A stretch of 64,000 nucleotides of DNA from Bdellovibrio sp. ZAP7. Its GTDB lineage: Bacteria; Bdellovibrionota; UBA1018; CAIMNF01. Below the pieces are notes generated by a model. It did not search any database. It saw only the letters and a list, made by a program, of their open reading frames with translations, and was not told the origin of the DNA. Both the position numbers and the translations under genes were made by a program. The first letter of the stretch is position 1; the number at the start of each line of letters is the position of its first letter. Below, in pieces: positions 31,945-44,000 of this stretch. The stretch spans positions 8,549 through 72,548 of the forward strand of contig CAMCGZ010000010.1 in NCBI GenBank assembly GCA_945874535.1, written 5' to 3'.

Positions 31945-32691
31945 TTAAAGCACTTTCACCAAAACGACTGTGGCATTGTCATCACCGCTATTCGAGTTCG
32001 CGGTGTGAATGAGTCGTTTGGCTGCTTCGCCTAAGCTTAACCCGCTTTTCCGGGTTTCTTCAAGAATTTCAAACATTAGGACATCATCTACCGGGCCGGA
32101 TACTCCGTCGGAACAGAGCAGGAATCCGTCCCCCCGCGCCACAGGGAAGGTGAAGCAATCCGCCTTCAAGCCGGGCTCGTATCCGACTGAGCGCGTAATC
32201 ACATTCTTCATTTCGTCAGACTTCACCTGTTCGCGTGTGATCAGTCCCGCCCGGAGCTTTTCCTGGACCAAGGAGTGGTCCTTCGTGAGTTGCCAAATGC
32301 CCTCGTTATTCCAATAATATCCCCGGGAGTCTCCTACTTGGAGCAGGGTGGCGGTTTCGTCACGGATCAGCAGAACGGTCGCCGTGGTTCCCATACCATG
32401 AAGCCGGGAGTCTTCCCGGGCCCGCTTCAATATGGCCTCATTCGAATCTTGAATGGCCTTCTCGAGCAGGGGACGATCGAGATCCTTCGGATTGCGTTCC
32501 ACGGTTTGGATCAGGGTTTCGACGCACAGCTGGCTGGCGATCTCGCCCCCTTGGTGGCCACCCATGCCGTCTGCGACGACGAACAGTCCGAGGTCAGGGC
32601 GAACGCCTCCCGTGTCCTGGTTTTGTTTACGCTTCAGGCCGATATCGGAGATCAGAGCACAATCCAGGATCAGGTTCGAGTTTCCACTCAT
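31945..32691 (-). CDS. PP2C-family Ser/Thr protein phosphatase
   Basis: N-terminal SDIGLKRKQNQD and FVVADGMGGHQGGEIAS motifs, plus a C-terminal DGxxD-like region (LLCSDGVSGPVDD). An internal ATG start at 32691 was chosen; the annotated first codon is TTG. Confidence 0.8.
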   Translation of the reverse strand: MSGNSNLILDCALISDIGLKRKQNQDTGGVRPDLGLFVVADGMGGHQGGEIASQLCVETLIQTVERNPKDLDRPLLEKAIQDSNEAILKRAREDSRLHGMGTTATVLLIRDETATLLQVGDSRGYYWNNEGIWQLTKDHSLVQEKLRAGLITREQVKSDEMKNVITRSVGYEPGLKADCFTFPVARGDGFLLCSDGVSGPVDDVLMFEILEETRKSGLSLGEAAKRLIHTANSNSGDDNATVVLVKVL

Positions 32692-32759
32692 GGCAATTGA
32701 AATCAGTCTGAACAAGATCGGGGCGGATGTCCACGTTTTCCGTCTCGCAGCGCCAAGGG

Positions 32760-33533
32760 TCAGAACTTTGACAAAGAAGGTCCGATTTCCTCACGGATGT
32801 GACGGGAGAGAGCGTCCGGGTCGGAAAAGTGCCAGGTCACCGATGGGGCCATTCCCGGGTCGTGATTTTGCTCGAGGAGCAAACGTTTGCCCGCGATGCG
32901 GGCCAGGGCTCCGGCTGAATCGAGAATGTTCCAGCCTGGCAGACGGTCTTCGAAGGCTTTACGGATCCATGGGTAATGGGTGCAGGCCAGGAGAGCCGCT
33001 CCGGGACCGAGATTCCGGTACTCGCGGACATACTCCTCCACGGTCAGTCCCAGAATCGGGTGTTCGATCCAGCCTTCTTCGATCAGCGGAACCAAAAGAG
33101 GGCATTCCTGTTCAAAAACCCGAAGATCGGGGGATTTGATCCGCAACCAGTCCGAATAAATCCGACTCCGGACTGTGGCGCGGGTCCCGAGAACAAGAGC
33201 CGGCGCGCTTCCGTCCGGAATCGCCTCAGTGATGGACTCGACCCCGGCCTCAACGACATCGAGAATGGGAAGGGTCGAGAGCACCTGTTTGAACTCATTG
33301 AGGGCGAGACTGGCGGCCGTGTTGCACGCGATCACCAGCGCTTCGATCCCGTGAGATTCCATTCGGAGCGCCGAATCCCGGCAAAGGGCGCGGATCTGGG
33401 TGGGGCTTTTGGACCCGTAGGGGACGTTGGCTGTGTCGCCAAAGTAAAGGTAATGGTGGGAGGGGAAGCGCTTTCGCAGTTCCTTCAAAACGGTCACTCC
33501 GCCGACTCCCGAATCAAAGACGCCGATTCTCAC
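32760..33533 (-). CDS. murI: Glutamate racemase
   Basis: Motifs IGVFDSGVGGVTV and FGDTANVPYG, with both catalytic Cys regions (ACNTA / ACTHYP). A GTG start at 33533 is proposed; the annotated extension to 33698 adds 55 non-conserved residues. Confidence 0.85.
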   Translation of the reverse strand: MRIGVFDSGVGGVTVLKELRKRFPSHHYLYFGDTANVPYGSKSPTQIRALCRDSALRMESHGIEALVIACNTAASLALNEFKQVLSTLPILDVVEAGVESITEAIPDGSAPALVLGTRATVRSRIYSDWLRIKSPDLRVFEQECPLLVPLIEEGWIEHPILGLTVEEYVREYRNLGPGAALLACTHYPWIRKAFEDRLPGWNILDSAGALARIAGKRLLLEQNHDPGMAPSVTWHFSDPDALSRHIREEIGPSLSKF

Positions 33534-33699
33534 CCCGATGAGGTTGCGGCATGGTCCGTAAAAAGTCAAAACCTTGGCAGAAAAATGTTGCCCCGGGTTA
33601 AATCGGGTTTGTAGAATGGAATGCGGTGCAGGGGCCGTTTTCCTTAGACGGGGGAGCCATTGCATCGATACACTGAATTCGAGAAGAGGGCCTGTCAAG

Positions 33700-35772
33700 A
33701 TGACTGCATCCGCACAAGAATGGTCGAAGTACCTGAATCAAATCCAGATGAAAGAGGAGTTCCGCCACCTCAACTGGGAGGGGGACTTCTTCGATTACCT
33801 CGAGTTGGTGAAGAAGAATCCGAACATCGCCCGGAATGCGTTCCAGCGGATGTACGACATGGTCCTCTCCTGGGGAACCGACAATTTCGTCGAGTACAAA
33901 AAAGAAATCACCCGGTACAAGTTTTTCGACGATCCGATTGATGGCGGAAAAGACGCCGTCTTCGGCCTCGATGTCCAGCTCATGAAGCTGGTGAACTTTT
34001 TCAAATCTGCAGCCTACGGGTACGGAACCGAGAAGCGTGTTCTTTTGTTGCACGGCCCGGTCGGCTCTGCCAAATCGACCATCGCCCGTCTCCTGAAGAA
34101 GGGGATCGAGCATTATTCACGCACCGATACCGGAGCGCTTTACACCTTCAAGTGGATCGATCCAACCGGCAAAGGAGAAGTCCTGTTCGGTGGGGCGACC
34201 GAGATGATGTCGCCCATGCACGAAGATCCTTTGAAGCTGATTCCGGAAGAAATGCGGGCTCAGGTCCTGACCGAAATCAACAAGGGTCTGAAGTCGGATT
34301 ACAAGGTCCACATCAAAGGGGACATCGACCCGGCTTCCCGGTTCGTGATGAGGGAGCTTCTCAAGCGTTATCAGGGTGATTGGGCCCAAGTGGTCACGAA
34401 CCACATCCGCGTGGTCCGGGTGGTCCTGTCTGAAAAAGACCGGATCGGGATCGGCACGTTCCAGCCGAAGGACGAGAAGAATCAGGACTCGACCGAGCTC
34501 ACCGGTGACATCAATTACCGGAAGATCGCCGAGTACGGTTCGGATTCCGATCCCCGGGCGTTCAATTTCGACGGTGAATTCTGCGTGGCCAACCGTGGCG
34601 TGATCGAGTTCATCGAGGTCCTGAAGCTCGACGTGGCGTTCTTGTATGATCTCTTGACCGCGTCCCAAGAACACAAGATCAAGCCCAAAAAATTCGCCCA
34701 GACCGATATCGACGAGGTGATCATCGGGCACACCAATGAACCCGAATTCCGAAAGCTCCAGAACAACGAGTTCATGGAAGCGCTCCGGGACCGGACGGTC
34801 AAGATCGATATTCCGTACATCACGAAGCTCAAGCATGAGATCAAGATTTACGAGAAAGATTTCAATTCGCAGAAGATCCGTGGAAAGAGTATCGCTCCTC
34901 ACACGATCGAAGTGGCCGCGATGTGGGCCATCCTCACCCGACTCGAGCACCCAAAGAAGTCGAATCTCTCTCTCATTCAGAAGCTGAAGCTCTATGATGG
35001 TAAGGCGCTATCCGGGTTTTCCGAAGAGAACGTGAAGGAGCTCCGCAAGGAGGCCATCCGTGAAGGACTCGATGGAGTGTCCCCGCGCTATGTTCAGGAT
35101 AAGATCTCGAATGCTATCGTGAAGAGCGAGATTCCCTGTGTGAATCCTTTCATGATCCTGAACGAGCTCGAATCCGGCCTGAAGAATCATGGGTTGATCG
35201 CGAGCGAGGAAAAGCGCCGGGAATACCGGGACCTGATCGGAGTCGTGAAGCAGGAGTACGAGGATATCGTCAAGAACGAGGTTCAACGTGCCATTTCTGC
35301 GGATGAAGACGCGATCGCGAAGCTCTGCGGGAACTACATCGACAATGTGAAGGCTTACACTCAGCGCGAGAAAGTCCGGAATAAGTACACCGGTATGGAT
35401 GAGGAAGCCGATGAGCGCCTGATGCGTTCGATCGAGGAGAAAGCCGAAGTCCAGGAGAGCCGGAAGGACGATTTCCGTCGCGAGATCATGAACTACATCG
35501 GCGCTCTGGCCATCGAGGGCCGGACTTTCGACTTCAGAACCAACGAGCGCCTCCTGAAAGCACTCGAACTCAAGTTGTTCGAAGACCAGAAAGACACCAT
35601 CAAGTTGACCAGTTTGGTGTCGAATGTGGTGGATCGTGCTACTCAGGAGAAGATCGACGTGGTCAAATCCCGCCTCATCAAATCCTTCGGATATGATGAG
35701 ATCTCGGCAACAGATGTGCTCAACTTCGTGGCGAGCATCTTCGCCCGGGGTGACGTGAAGAAGCGGGAGTAG
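33700..35772 (+). CDS. prkA: PrkA-family serine protein kinase (AAA-like ATPase)
   Basis: Walker [10 protein letters not shown]. At 690 aa, the size fits the PrkA family. It is followed by yeaH- and spoVR-like genes with overlapping stops and starts. Confidence 0.9.
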   Translation: MTASAQEWSKYLNQIQMKEEFRHLNWEGDFFDYLELVKKNPNIARNAFQRMYDMVLSWGTDNFVEYKKEITRYKFFDDPIDGGKDAVFGLDVQLMKLVNFFKSAAYGYGTEKRVLLLHGPVGSAKSTIARLLKKGIEHYSRTDTGALYTFKWIDPTGKGEVLFGGATEMMSPMHEDPLKLIPEEMRAQVLTEINKGLKSDYKVHIKGDIDPASRFVMRELLKRYQGDWAQVVTNHIRVVRVVLSEKDRIGIGTFQPKDEKNQDSTELTGDINYRKIAEYGSDSDPRAFNFDGEFCVANRGVIEFIEVLKLDVAFLYDLLTASQEHKIKPKKFAQTDIDEVIIGHTNEPEFRKLQNNEFMEALRDRTVKIDIPYITKLKHEIKIYEKDFNSQKIRGKSIAPHTIEVAAMWAILTRLEHPKKSNLSLIQKLKLYDGKALSGFSEENVKELRKEAIREGLDGVSPRYVQDKISNAIVKSEIPCVNPFMILNELESGLKNHGLIASEEKRREYRDLIGVVKQEYEDIVKNEVQRAISADEDAIAKLCGNYIDNVKAYTQREKVRNKYTGMDEEADERLMRSIEEKAEVQESRKDDFRREIMNYIGALAIEGRTFDFRTNERLLKALELKLFEDQKDTIKLTSLVSNVVDRATQEKIDVVKSRLIKSFGYDEISATDVLNFVASIFARGDVKKRE

Positions 35773-35774
35773 TC

Positions 35775-36896
35775 ATGATAGACGGTGCTCGCCGCGATCA
35801 TGCACGCTTTCGTCAGATTGTCCGTGGGAAGATCAAGCAGGATCTCAAGAAGTACATCACCCATTCCGAGATGATCGGTCGCAAGGGCAAGGACACGGTG
35901 ACCATTCCCATGCCCCAGATCGACATTCCCAGGTTCCGTTACGGTTCGAATCAGGGGGGCGTCGGTCAAGGGGAAGGCGATGTGGGAGATCCTGTTCCGG
36001 GTCAGGGCGATCCGAACGAGCAACAGGGTGAGGGCGGCAAGCAAGCTGGTAAAGACGGGGGCGAGCACGAGCTCGAGGTGGAGTTCACACTCGAGGAACT
36101 CGCAGAGATTCTCGGAGAGCAATTGGAACTGCCGCGAATCGAGCCGAGGGGACAGAAGACCTTGAAGTCGAAGGTGGACAAGTACACCGCCATCGCCACC
36201 CAAGGACCGAATTCTCTCCGTCACTTCAAACGCACTTTCAAGGAAGCCCTGAAGCGTCAAATCGCCTCAGGAACGTACGATCCTTCGAACCCGGTGATCG
36301 TTCCCATCAAGAAGGACATGCGGTACCGGTCCTGGAAGTCCGATGTTCAGCACGAGAACTCGGCTGTGATCATTTACATGATGGATGTTTCCGGATCGAT
36401 GGGAGACGAGCAGAAAGAGATCGTCCGGACAGAGGCATTCTGGATCAATACTTGGCTCCGTTCTCAGTATAAAGGGGTCGAAACCCGCTATATCATCCAC
36501 GATGCGACGGCCAAGGAAGTGGATGAGGATACTTTTTTTAGAACCCGCGAGAGCGGGGGGACACTCATCAGTTCGGCGTACAAATTGTGCGAGCAAATGA
36601 TCACTACGGATTATCCCCCGGGCGATTGGAACATTTATCCTTTTCATTTTTCGGACGGGGACAATTGGTCTACCGAGGACACCAAGTCCTGTATCGAACT
36701 CCTGAAGACCTCGCTTTTGTCTAAGGTGAATGTGTTCTGCTACGGTCAGGTCGATTCCAGGTACGGCTCCGGCCAGTTTTACAAGGATTTGAATGAAGCC
36801 TTCGGTAAGGAGGATGACCAGGTGATCCTCTCCAGGATCGAGAATCAGGACGGGATCCTGCCGTCGATCAAAGAATTCCTGGGAAGGGGGAAATGA
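35775..36896 (+). CDS. yeaH: YeaH/YhbH-family (DUF444) protein with a vWA-like domain
   Basis: MIDAS-like [11 protein letters not shown] motif, an N-terminal Gly/Gln-rich low-complexity segment, and 3-nt spacing from prkA. Confidence 0.85.
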   Translation: MIDGARRDHARFRQIVRGKIKQDLKKYITHSEMIGRKGKDTVTIPMPQIDIPRFRYGSNQGGVGQGEGDVGDPVPGQGDPNEQQGEGGKQAGKDGGEHELEVEFTLEELAEILGEQLELPRIEPRGQKTLKSKVDKYTAIATQGPNSLRHFKRTFKEALKRQIASGTYDPSNPVIVPIKKDMRYRSWKSDVQHENSAVIIYMMDVSGSMGDEQKEIVRTEAFWINTWLRSQYKGVETRYIIHDATAKEVDEDTFFRTRESGGTLISSAYKLCEQMITTDYPPGDWNIYPFHFSDGDNWSTEDTKSCIELLKTSLLSKVNVFCYGQVDSRYGSGQFYKDLNEAFGKEDDQVILSRIENQDGILPSIKEFLGRGK

Positions 36897-38383
36897 TGGG
36901 AATCCGTTCCACCAGCCTTCCGCTCGAGCTCGCGCGCCTGCAAGAGGAGATCCGCGGTTTTGCAGAGGGTTTCGGTCTCGATTTTTTTGAAACCATTTTC
37001 GAGATGGTTCCTTCGGATGCGATCAACGCCCTTGCCGCCCAGGAGGGATTCCCGGTCCGGTATCCGCACTGGCGTTTCGGCATGAACTACGATCAGTATT
37101 CGAAAGGTTATGAGTGGGGTCTTTCCAAGATCTACGAAATGGTGATCAACACCAATCCCTCTTATGCCTACCTGATGAGTTCCAATTCCTATGTCGACCA
37201 GAAAATGGTTATGGCACACGTTTACGGGCACGTGGATTTCTTCAAGAACAATATCTGGTTCTCGAAGACCAACAGGAAAATGCTCGATACGATGGCCAAT
37301 CATGCTGTCCGGATCAGACAGTACATGGATGATGTCGGACAGGACGAAGTAGAGAGTTTCATCGACCTTTGCCTGAGTCTGGACAATCTCATCGATCCGC
37401 ATCTTCCGTTCGAGTCACCGAAGTCTTCGCGGAAAGACGAGGATCGAAAGCCTTCCGAGACCGGGAAGCTGAAGGTGGAGCGTTCTTACATGGACCGCTA
37501 CATCAATCCGCCCGAATTCGTCGAATCCCAGCGCAAGAAGCTCGAAGAGCAGAGCCGGCAAAAGCAGGTGTTTCCGGAATCTCCTGTCCGGGACATCATG
37601 TTCTTTTTGCTTCAGAATGCTCCATTGTCCGAGTGGCAGGCCGACGTGCTGCGGATGATCCGGGACGAGGCCTATTACTTTGTTCCTCAAATGCAGACCA
37701 AGATCATGAACGAGGGCTGGGCCTCTTACTGGCACTCCGAGATCATGACGAAGAAAGCCCTCAAGGATAGCGAGATTCTCGACTTTGCCGACCATCATGC
37801 TGGCGTCACCGCCATGGCTCCGGGGCGCATCAATCCCTACAAAATCGGTATCGAGTTGTTCCGGGATATCGAAGACCGTTGGAATCGGGGGCGCTTCGGT
37901 AAGGCATATGAGGATTGTTCTGATCTGAGAGAGCGGGCCCACTGGGACAAGAAGCTCGGCCTCGGGCGGCAGAAGATTTTCGAGGTCAGGAAGGTCTGTA
38001 ACGATGTGACCTTCATCGATGAGTACATCACCCCCGAGTTTGTGGATCGGTTCCGCCTGTATTCCTACGAGCTGAACCGGCGAACGGGTCAGTATGAGAT
38101 CACGGATCGTGATTTCAAAAGCGTGAAAGAAAAGCTGCTTTCATCTCTCACCAATCAAGGTCAGCCCCACATATCGGTTGTGAATGCGAATCACGAGAAT
38201 CGGGGCGAGTTGTTGTTGGCTCACAAGCACCTGGGCGGTGATCTGGATCTGCGGTATGCCCGTGAAACGATGCGGTCGATTTTCATGATGTGGAAGCGGC
38301 CAGTCCACATCGAGACCACCATTGACGGCAGAAGCCGTTTTTACAGCTATCTCTCCAATCATGAGTTTGTTGCTAAAGACTGA
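36893..38383 (+). CDS. spoVR: SpoVR/YcgB-family protein
   Basis: 496 aa. It forms the conserved third member of the prkA-yeaH-spoVR triad (start ATGA-overlaps the yeaH stop). Confidence 0.82.
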   Translation: MMGIRSTSLPLELARLQEEIRGFAEGFGLDFFETIFEMVPSDAINALAAQEGFPVRYPHWRFGMNYDQYSKGYEWGLSKIYEMVINTNPSYAYLMSSNSYVDQKMVMAHVYGHVDFFKNNIWFSKTNRKMLDTMANHAVRIRQYMDDVGQDEVESFIDLCLSLDNLIDPHLPFESPKSSRKDEDRKPSETGKLKVERSYMDRYINPPEFVESQRKKLEEQSRQKQVFPESPVRDIMFFLLQNAPLSEWQADVLRMIRDEAYYFVPQMQTKIMNEGWASYWHSEIMTKKALKDSEILDFADHHAGVTAMAPGRINPYKIGIELFRDIEDRWNRGRFGKAYEDCSDLRERAHWDKKLGLGRQKIFEVRKVCNDVTFIDEYITPEFVDRFRLYSYELNRRTGQYEITDRDFKSVKEKLLSSLTNQGQPHISVVNANHENRGELLLAHKHLGGDLDLRYARETMRSIFMMWKRPVHIETTIDGRSRFYSYLSNHEFVAKD

Positions 38384-38386
38384 TTC

Positions 38387-38845
38387 TCAAAGTCCTTGAA
38401 GGTCTTGACCGAGGGCTTTCCGGATGAAAGTCCGGTTGGGAAAGTTGAGAACGAAGCCCGCAGCTGAGGCCCCTAGGAAGGGGAGGATGATCGAGGGTTG
38501 CCTCTGGAGAAACCCGGCGACGAACCCGTACAGGCAGACGCTCTCGAGCAGGGCGAGTCTCACCACGAATCCCGTAAAAAACCCTTCAAACAGGTCCGAT
38601 TCGGATAACTTTTCAACAGCGGGTAATTTCTTTGAAGCCTGGTTCCAGATGATTCTCGGAATCATCCAGGCGATGGCCAGTGTGCCCGCTGCCATCACTG
38701 CCAGTGCGATGAGCACCGGTGACTCCGCGAAAGACAGGGTCTGGAGGGGGGTATCCCCAGGTTTCACCACGGACTCCAAAGCCGCGGCATAGAAGAACTG
38801 GGAGGCGAACAGGATTGACCAGAGGATCAGGGGAGGATTTTTCAT
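38387..38845 (-). CDS. Small hypothetical integral membrane protein (about 4 TM)
   Basis: Hydrophobic 153-aa ORF between spoVR and ppk1, on the ppk1 strand. The start was taken at the internal ATG because earlier codons overlap the ppk1 3' end. Confidence 0.4.
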   Translation of the reverse strand: MKNPPLILWSILFASQFFYAAALESVVKPGDTPLQTLSFAESPVLIALAVMAAGTLAIAWMIPRIIWNQASKKLPAVEKLSESDLFEGFFTGFVVRLALLESVCLYGFVAGFLQRQPSIILPFLGASAAGFVLNFPNRTFIRKALGQDLQGL

Positions 38846-38856
38846 CGGGATTCCTT

Positions 38857-40890
38857 TCAGCTGACCGGTTTTCCACGGGCCTTTTGCATCAGGATCTGAT
38901 GGGTGCCCAGATCCCGTTTGGAATGCTTCACTTTTCTTTTCTTGTAGGTGCCATCTGAACTCATTTCCCATCCCTGGCGGTGATCGTCGATCAGGAGGTT
39001 CAGGAAATCAAAGATGCGCTCCCGGTGCTGGAGCTCCTCGACAGGCACTACGGCTTCAACCCGTGAAAGGAGATTTCGGTGCATCCAGTCGGCAGACCCG
39101 ATGAAGAATTCGCCGCTCACCTCGTTTTCCTCTCCGTTCTGGAAGTAGAAGATACGCGAGTGTTCCAAGAACCTGCCGATCACCGAAAACACGCGGATGT
39201 TCGAACTGAGTCCCTTCACGCCCGGTCTCAAGCAACAGATTCCACGGATAATCAGGTCGATCCGGACTCCTGCCTCGGACGCCTCATAAAGAGCATGACT
39301 GAGATCGCGTTCATCGAGACTGTTCACCTTCGCTATGATTCTGGCTGGGAGTCCTTTTTTTGCATTCGCAGTTTCGCGGTGGATCCGCTTGAGGAACTGT
39401 TCCTTCAGGGTCAGGGGAGCGACCAGGAGCCTGTTGTAGTCTTTTTTCAGTGATTTTCCGGTGAGGAAGTGAAACAGGTTCACCACATCCTCGGCGATCT
39501 CTCTTTTACATGTGAAGAGGCCGAAGTCGGTATAGAGTCTTGAGGTGACCGAGTGGTAGTTCCCTGTCCCGATGTGACAGTAGCTTTTGATCTCGTCACC
39601 CTCCTGCCGGACGATCAGGGTGGTCTTGCAATGGGTCTTCAGTCCGATCACGCCGTACACGACATGGACCCCGGAGTCCTCAAGGCTTTGGGCCACGAGG
39701 ATGTTTTTTTCCTCGTCAAATCGGGCTTTGAGTTCGACGAGGCAGACCACGTGCTTCCCCAGCTCGGCTGCCTTCTTGAGAAGCGGAATCAAAGGACTGT
39801 CGGCCCCGGTGCGGTAGAGGGTCATTTTGATTGCCGTTACCTTCGGGTCGTTGACTGCTGCGCGGATGAATCGTTCCACCGATCCGGTGAAGCTTTCGTA
39901 CGGGTGGTGAACCAGAATGTCATGGTGCTTGATGGTCTGGAAAATGTCCCGATCCGGATCGGAAAGGGCGGGTACCGGAACGGGGATCCACGGTTCGAAT
40001 TTGAATTCGGGTCGACTGAGTTCCAGTATCGGCTTCAGCGACGTGTATTCGAGCAAGCCTTGGACTTCGTACACCTGGTCTTCATCGAGGTGGAGTTCAT
40101 CCCGGAGCATCTCCAGCATGAGAGGATGCCCTTTGCCGGTGTACTCGAGCCTCACCACATCCCCGAATTTGCGTTCCTTCAATTCGGTTGAGATGGCTTC
40201 GAGGAGGTCGTCTGACTCTTCAGGATCGGCTTCGATATTGGTGTTCCGAGTCACCCGGAACGGCATCATGTCGCGGATTTCCATGCCGGGAAAAAGCGAG
40301 TCCACATTCGCCACAATCAGTTCGATGACTGAGAGGAATCTGGCGTGTTTGGGGTCTTTTTTCCCGTCCACCCGGATCCACTGGGGGAAGAAGTTGGGAA
40401 CCTTGATTCTCGCGAAGTGGGTCTCATCCTCCCTTCCCGGATAGTTCAAAAAAACCCCGAGTGAGAGCGAGAGGTTCGATACGAATGGGAAGGGATGGCC
40501 TGAGTCGACAGCAAAAGGGGTCAATACGGGAAAAATCTGGTGCCGGAAAAAATGATTGGCTCTCTCCCTTTCCTCGGGAGAAAGCTCTTTCCAGGGTAAC
40601 AGGTGGATCCCCGCATTTTTGAGTTCTGGAACGAGCTCTTTCTCGAAGCAGGTCCTGAGGTCGTTGAGCAGAGGGAGCAATTGTTCTCTGAATCGGATCC
40701 TCGCGAGGGAGTAGAGCGATCCCATGCGTTTCATGAAATATTCATCGAGATTGGACTGGAAGATTCCGAGGAACCTAACCCTCTCGAATAGAGGAGTGCG
40801 ATCATCGAGTGCCTCGTGAAGGACCCTTGCATTGAATTCAAGCCAGCTTAAATCGCGGTGATTGAATAGATCTTTCTCACTCATCGTCAT
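38857..40890 (-). CDS. ppk: Polyphosphate kinase 1
   Basis: The N-terminus ...LSWLEFNARVLHEALDDRTPLFERVRFLGIFQSNLDEYFMKRM and two PLD-like HKD regions match the PPK1 family. Length is about 677 aa. Confidence 0.9.
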   Translation of the reverse strand: MTMSEKDLFNHRDLSWLEFNARVLHEALDDRTPLFERVRFLGIFQSNLDEYFMKRMGSLYSLARIRFREQLLPLLNDLRTCFEKELVPELKNAGIHLLPWKELSPEERERANHFFRHQIFPVLTPFAVDSGHPFPFVSNLSLSLGVFLNYPGREDETHFARIKVPNFFPQWIRVDGKKDPKHARFLSVIELIVANVDSLFPGMEIRDMMPFRVTRNTNIEADPEESDDLLEAISTELKERKFGDVVRLEYTGKGHPLMLEMLRDELHLDEDQVYEVQGLLEYTSLKPILELSRPEFKFEPWIPVPVPALSDPDRDIFQTIKHHDILVHHPYESFTGSVERFIRAAVNDPKVTAIKMTLYRTGADSPLIPLLKKAAELGKHVVCLVELKARFDEEKNILVAQSLEDSGVHVVYGVIGLKTHCKTTLIVRQEGDEIKSYCHIGTGNYHSVTSRLYTDFGLFTCKREIAEDVVNLFHFLTGKSLKKDYNRLLVAPLTLKEQFLKRIHRETANAKKGLPARIIAKVNSLDERDLSHALYEASEAGVRIDLIIRGICCLRPGVKGLSSNIRVFSVIGRFLEHSRIFYFQNGEENEVSGEFFIGSADWMHRNLLSRVEAVVPVEELQHRERIFDFLNLLIDDHRQGWEMSSDGTYKKRKVKHSKRDLGTHQILMQKARGKPVS

Positions 40891-41019
40891 GCGTAACTGC
40901 GAAACTCCCTGATATTCCTTTCGGTGGATGGGGCTCCGGACTAAAGTCGGGCTATCGAGCGTCAAGATTCGGACGGCGGGTGGGCTGGACAGCGAAGGAG
41001 AGGTCCGGCAAAATCATAG

Positions 41020-44000
41020 ATGAATGAACCCGGGAGGCTCCAGATGAAGCAGACGGAACCGAATCCATCTCGATTGAGTCTTTCCCGAAGGTTCTCGGAG
41101 AGCGGTTCCGATCCTTTGGATCTGGTGCGCATGGTCCGTGCGGACTCGAAAATCCGTGATCCGGATGGCCGCCTCGTGTTTGAGTTGAAAGGGATCGAGG
41201 TTCCGGAATCGTGGTCCCAATTGGCGATTGATATTGTGGTCTCGAAGTATTTCCGCAAGGCGGGTGTTCCGGGAACAGGACATGAGACTTCTGTCAGGCA
41301 GGTGATTCGCAGGATCGTCGGGGCTCTCAGTGCGGCCGGAACGCGCGCCGGTTTGTTCGAGGGCACGGATCAGTCTGTTTTCGAAGATGAACTCGCACAT
41401 TTGTTGGTGCATCAGTTTGCGGCCTTCAATTCACCGGTCTGGTTCAATCTGGGTCTCCATGAGCAATACGGAATCCGGGGGAGCGGCGGCAATTACTTTT
41501 ACGATCCCGTTACCGATTCGATCCGCGAGACGGTCGACGCCTACGAGCATCCGCAATGCTCGGCATGCTTCATCCAGTCGGTGGATGACGATCTGATGTC
41601 GATCTTCGAATTGATGAAGAACGAGGCCCGGCTCTTCAAATACGGATCCGGTACGGGGACTAATTTTTCCAGGATCCGGGGACGTCAGGAAAAGTTGTCC
41701 GGGGGCGGCTATTCCTCCGGACTGATGAGCTTTCTCGAAGTGCTCGATCGTGGGGCGGGTGCGACTAAGTCGGGAGGAACCACACGGCGTGCAGCCAAAA
41801 TGGTCTGTCTCGATCTTGATCATCCTGAAATCGTCGATTTCATCGAATGGAAGATGCGTGAGGAGCGCAAGGTGGCTGCACTCATCGCAGCGGGTTACAG
41901 CGCCGATTTCAACGGGGAGGCTTATCGAACCGTATCGGGTCAGAACTCCAACAACTCGGTTCGGATCACCGACGGGTTCATGAAGGCGGTGATTGAAGAC
42001 GGATCCTGGCAAACACGCTCCCGGACCGACGGGAGTGTTTTGGAATCCTATCGGGCACGGGACCTCTGGCGGAAGATCGCCGAGGCGGCTTGGGCTTGCG
42101 CGGATCCAGGACTTCAATTCGACACCACCATCAATGCTTGGCACACCTGTCCGACATCCGGGGCCATCCGTTCATCAAATCCCTGTTCCGAGTACATGTT
42201 TCTCGATGACAGTGCTTGCAATCTGGCATCTTTGAATCTCGTCCGTTTTCTCGATCGGGTCGGGACATTCGATGTGGAGAAATACCGTCATGCGATCCGG
42301 ATCCTGATTCTCGCCCAGGAGATCCTGGTGGATCATTCGAGTTATCCCACTGCCAGGATTGCAAAGAACTCCCACGATTACCGTCCCCTCGGACTCGGTT
42401 ACGCCAACCTCGGAACATTCTTGATGCTGAAGGGGCTTCCCTACGACTCCGAGGGGGGCCGCTCTTGGGCGGCGGCACTGACAGCGATTCTCACGGGTGA
42501 GGCTTATGCAGTGAGTGCTGAAATGGCCGCTATTCTAGGGCCTTTCAAAGGTTTCTCAAAAAATCGGGGTTCCATGCTCGGAGTCATCCGGAAACACCGG
42601 GCGGCTGCGGACCAAGTTTTCCGCGAGGGACTGGACCCGGTGATGATCACCACCGTTTCGGAGTGCTGGGATCGGGCGCTCCGATCCGGAGAACAGAACG
42701 GGTACCGGAATGCCCAGGTGACAGTGCTCGCTCCCACCGGAACGATCGGCCTGCTCATGGATTGCGACACGACCGGGATCGAACCTGATTTCGCACTCGT
42801 TAAGTTCAAGAAGCTCGTCGGTGGAGGAGTATTCAAGATTGTGAATCAATCCGTGAGAGGAGCTCTTCAGCATCTCGGATACTCGACGGACCAGATCGCA
42901 GGGATTCTGGAGACCCTCGTCGGAACGCAGCGTTTGGATTCAAGCGCACCGCACGTGAATCGTGAGTATCTCATTTCGAAGGGACTGAGTGAACAGGAGA
43001 TCCTCCGGGTCGAAGAAAGTCTGCCCGGGGTCCTCGATTTGAGGCACGCTTTTACCCGGCACGCACTTGGAGATGAGTGTCTGGTGCGGATCGGTGTCAA
43101 TCAGGTCGAGTTCAAGGCGCCGGGCTTCAACTTTTTGGAATGGTCCGGTTTGAGCAGGAGTCAGGTGGACGAAGCAAACGCGGTCATCTGTGGAACCCTC
43201 GGTGTCGAGGGCGCTCCTCATCTATTGAAAGAGCACCTGGCAGTGTTCGATTGTGCGAATCCTTGCGGCCCCAAGGGCACCCGATTCATCGCTCCGATGG
43301 GGCACATCCGGATGATGGCTGCGACTCAACCTTTTCTTTCGGGCGCGATCTCTAAAACGGTGAATCTTCCGAATCACACGACGGTCGAGGAGATCGAAGA
43401 GCTTTACCTTCAGGCATGGAAGCTCGGACTGAAGGCAGTCGCTCTTTACCGGGACGGTTGCAAGTGGTCTCAACCGCTCTCCACTCGCATTCCCGGAAGT
43501 GAATCGAAGGAGAGCGTCGTGGTGAGGCGCCGTCTCCCTCCCAAACGGAATGGACTGACTGTTGAAGCCGCGGTTTCAGGAACCCAGGTCTACCTACGGA
43601 CAGGGGAATACGAAGATGGACGTTTGGGTGAGATCTTGATCGATCTTGATCACGGGAATGAGATCTACCGGTCACTTCTGGACTGTTTCGCCATTTCCGT
43701 CAGTTTGGGACTTCAGTATGGAGTCCCGCTTTCGGAGTATGTCGATAAATTCACCTTTACCCGATTCGAGCCGGGGGGGCCGGTCGCCGGGCACCCGAAC
43801 GTGAAGATGGCCACATCGATTGTGGATTACGTGTTCAGGGTGCTGGGAATGGAATACCTCGGGCGGACCGATTTTTTACAGGTGAAGCCTACCGCAGTGC
43901 TGGAGCGTAGGGAACAAGTCGGCCCCGATGTGGAAGACCGTCTTGCAGGTTTGTCTGGTGATGCGCCCAACTGCGACGCGTGCGGGTACCGCACGGTCCG

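Noticed and set aside
34117-34950. 277-aa minus-strand ORF inside prkA (also 37415-37942 inside spoVR, and 39553-40191 and 39917-40444 inside ppk1)
   Set aside because: Antisense to conserved genes. Rejected as GC-driven open frames.
35940-36070. Apparent short tandem repetition ([23 protein letters not shown]) in yeaH
   Set aside because: This is the usual low-complexity Gly/Gln/Glu linker of YeaH-family proteins, not a nucleotide-level repeat element or CRISPR-like array.
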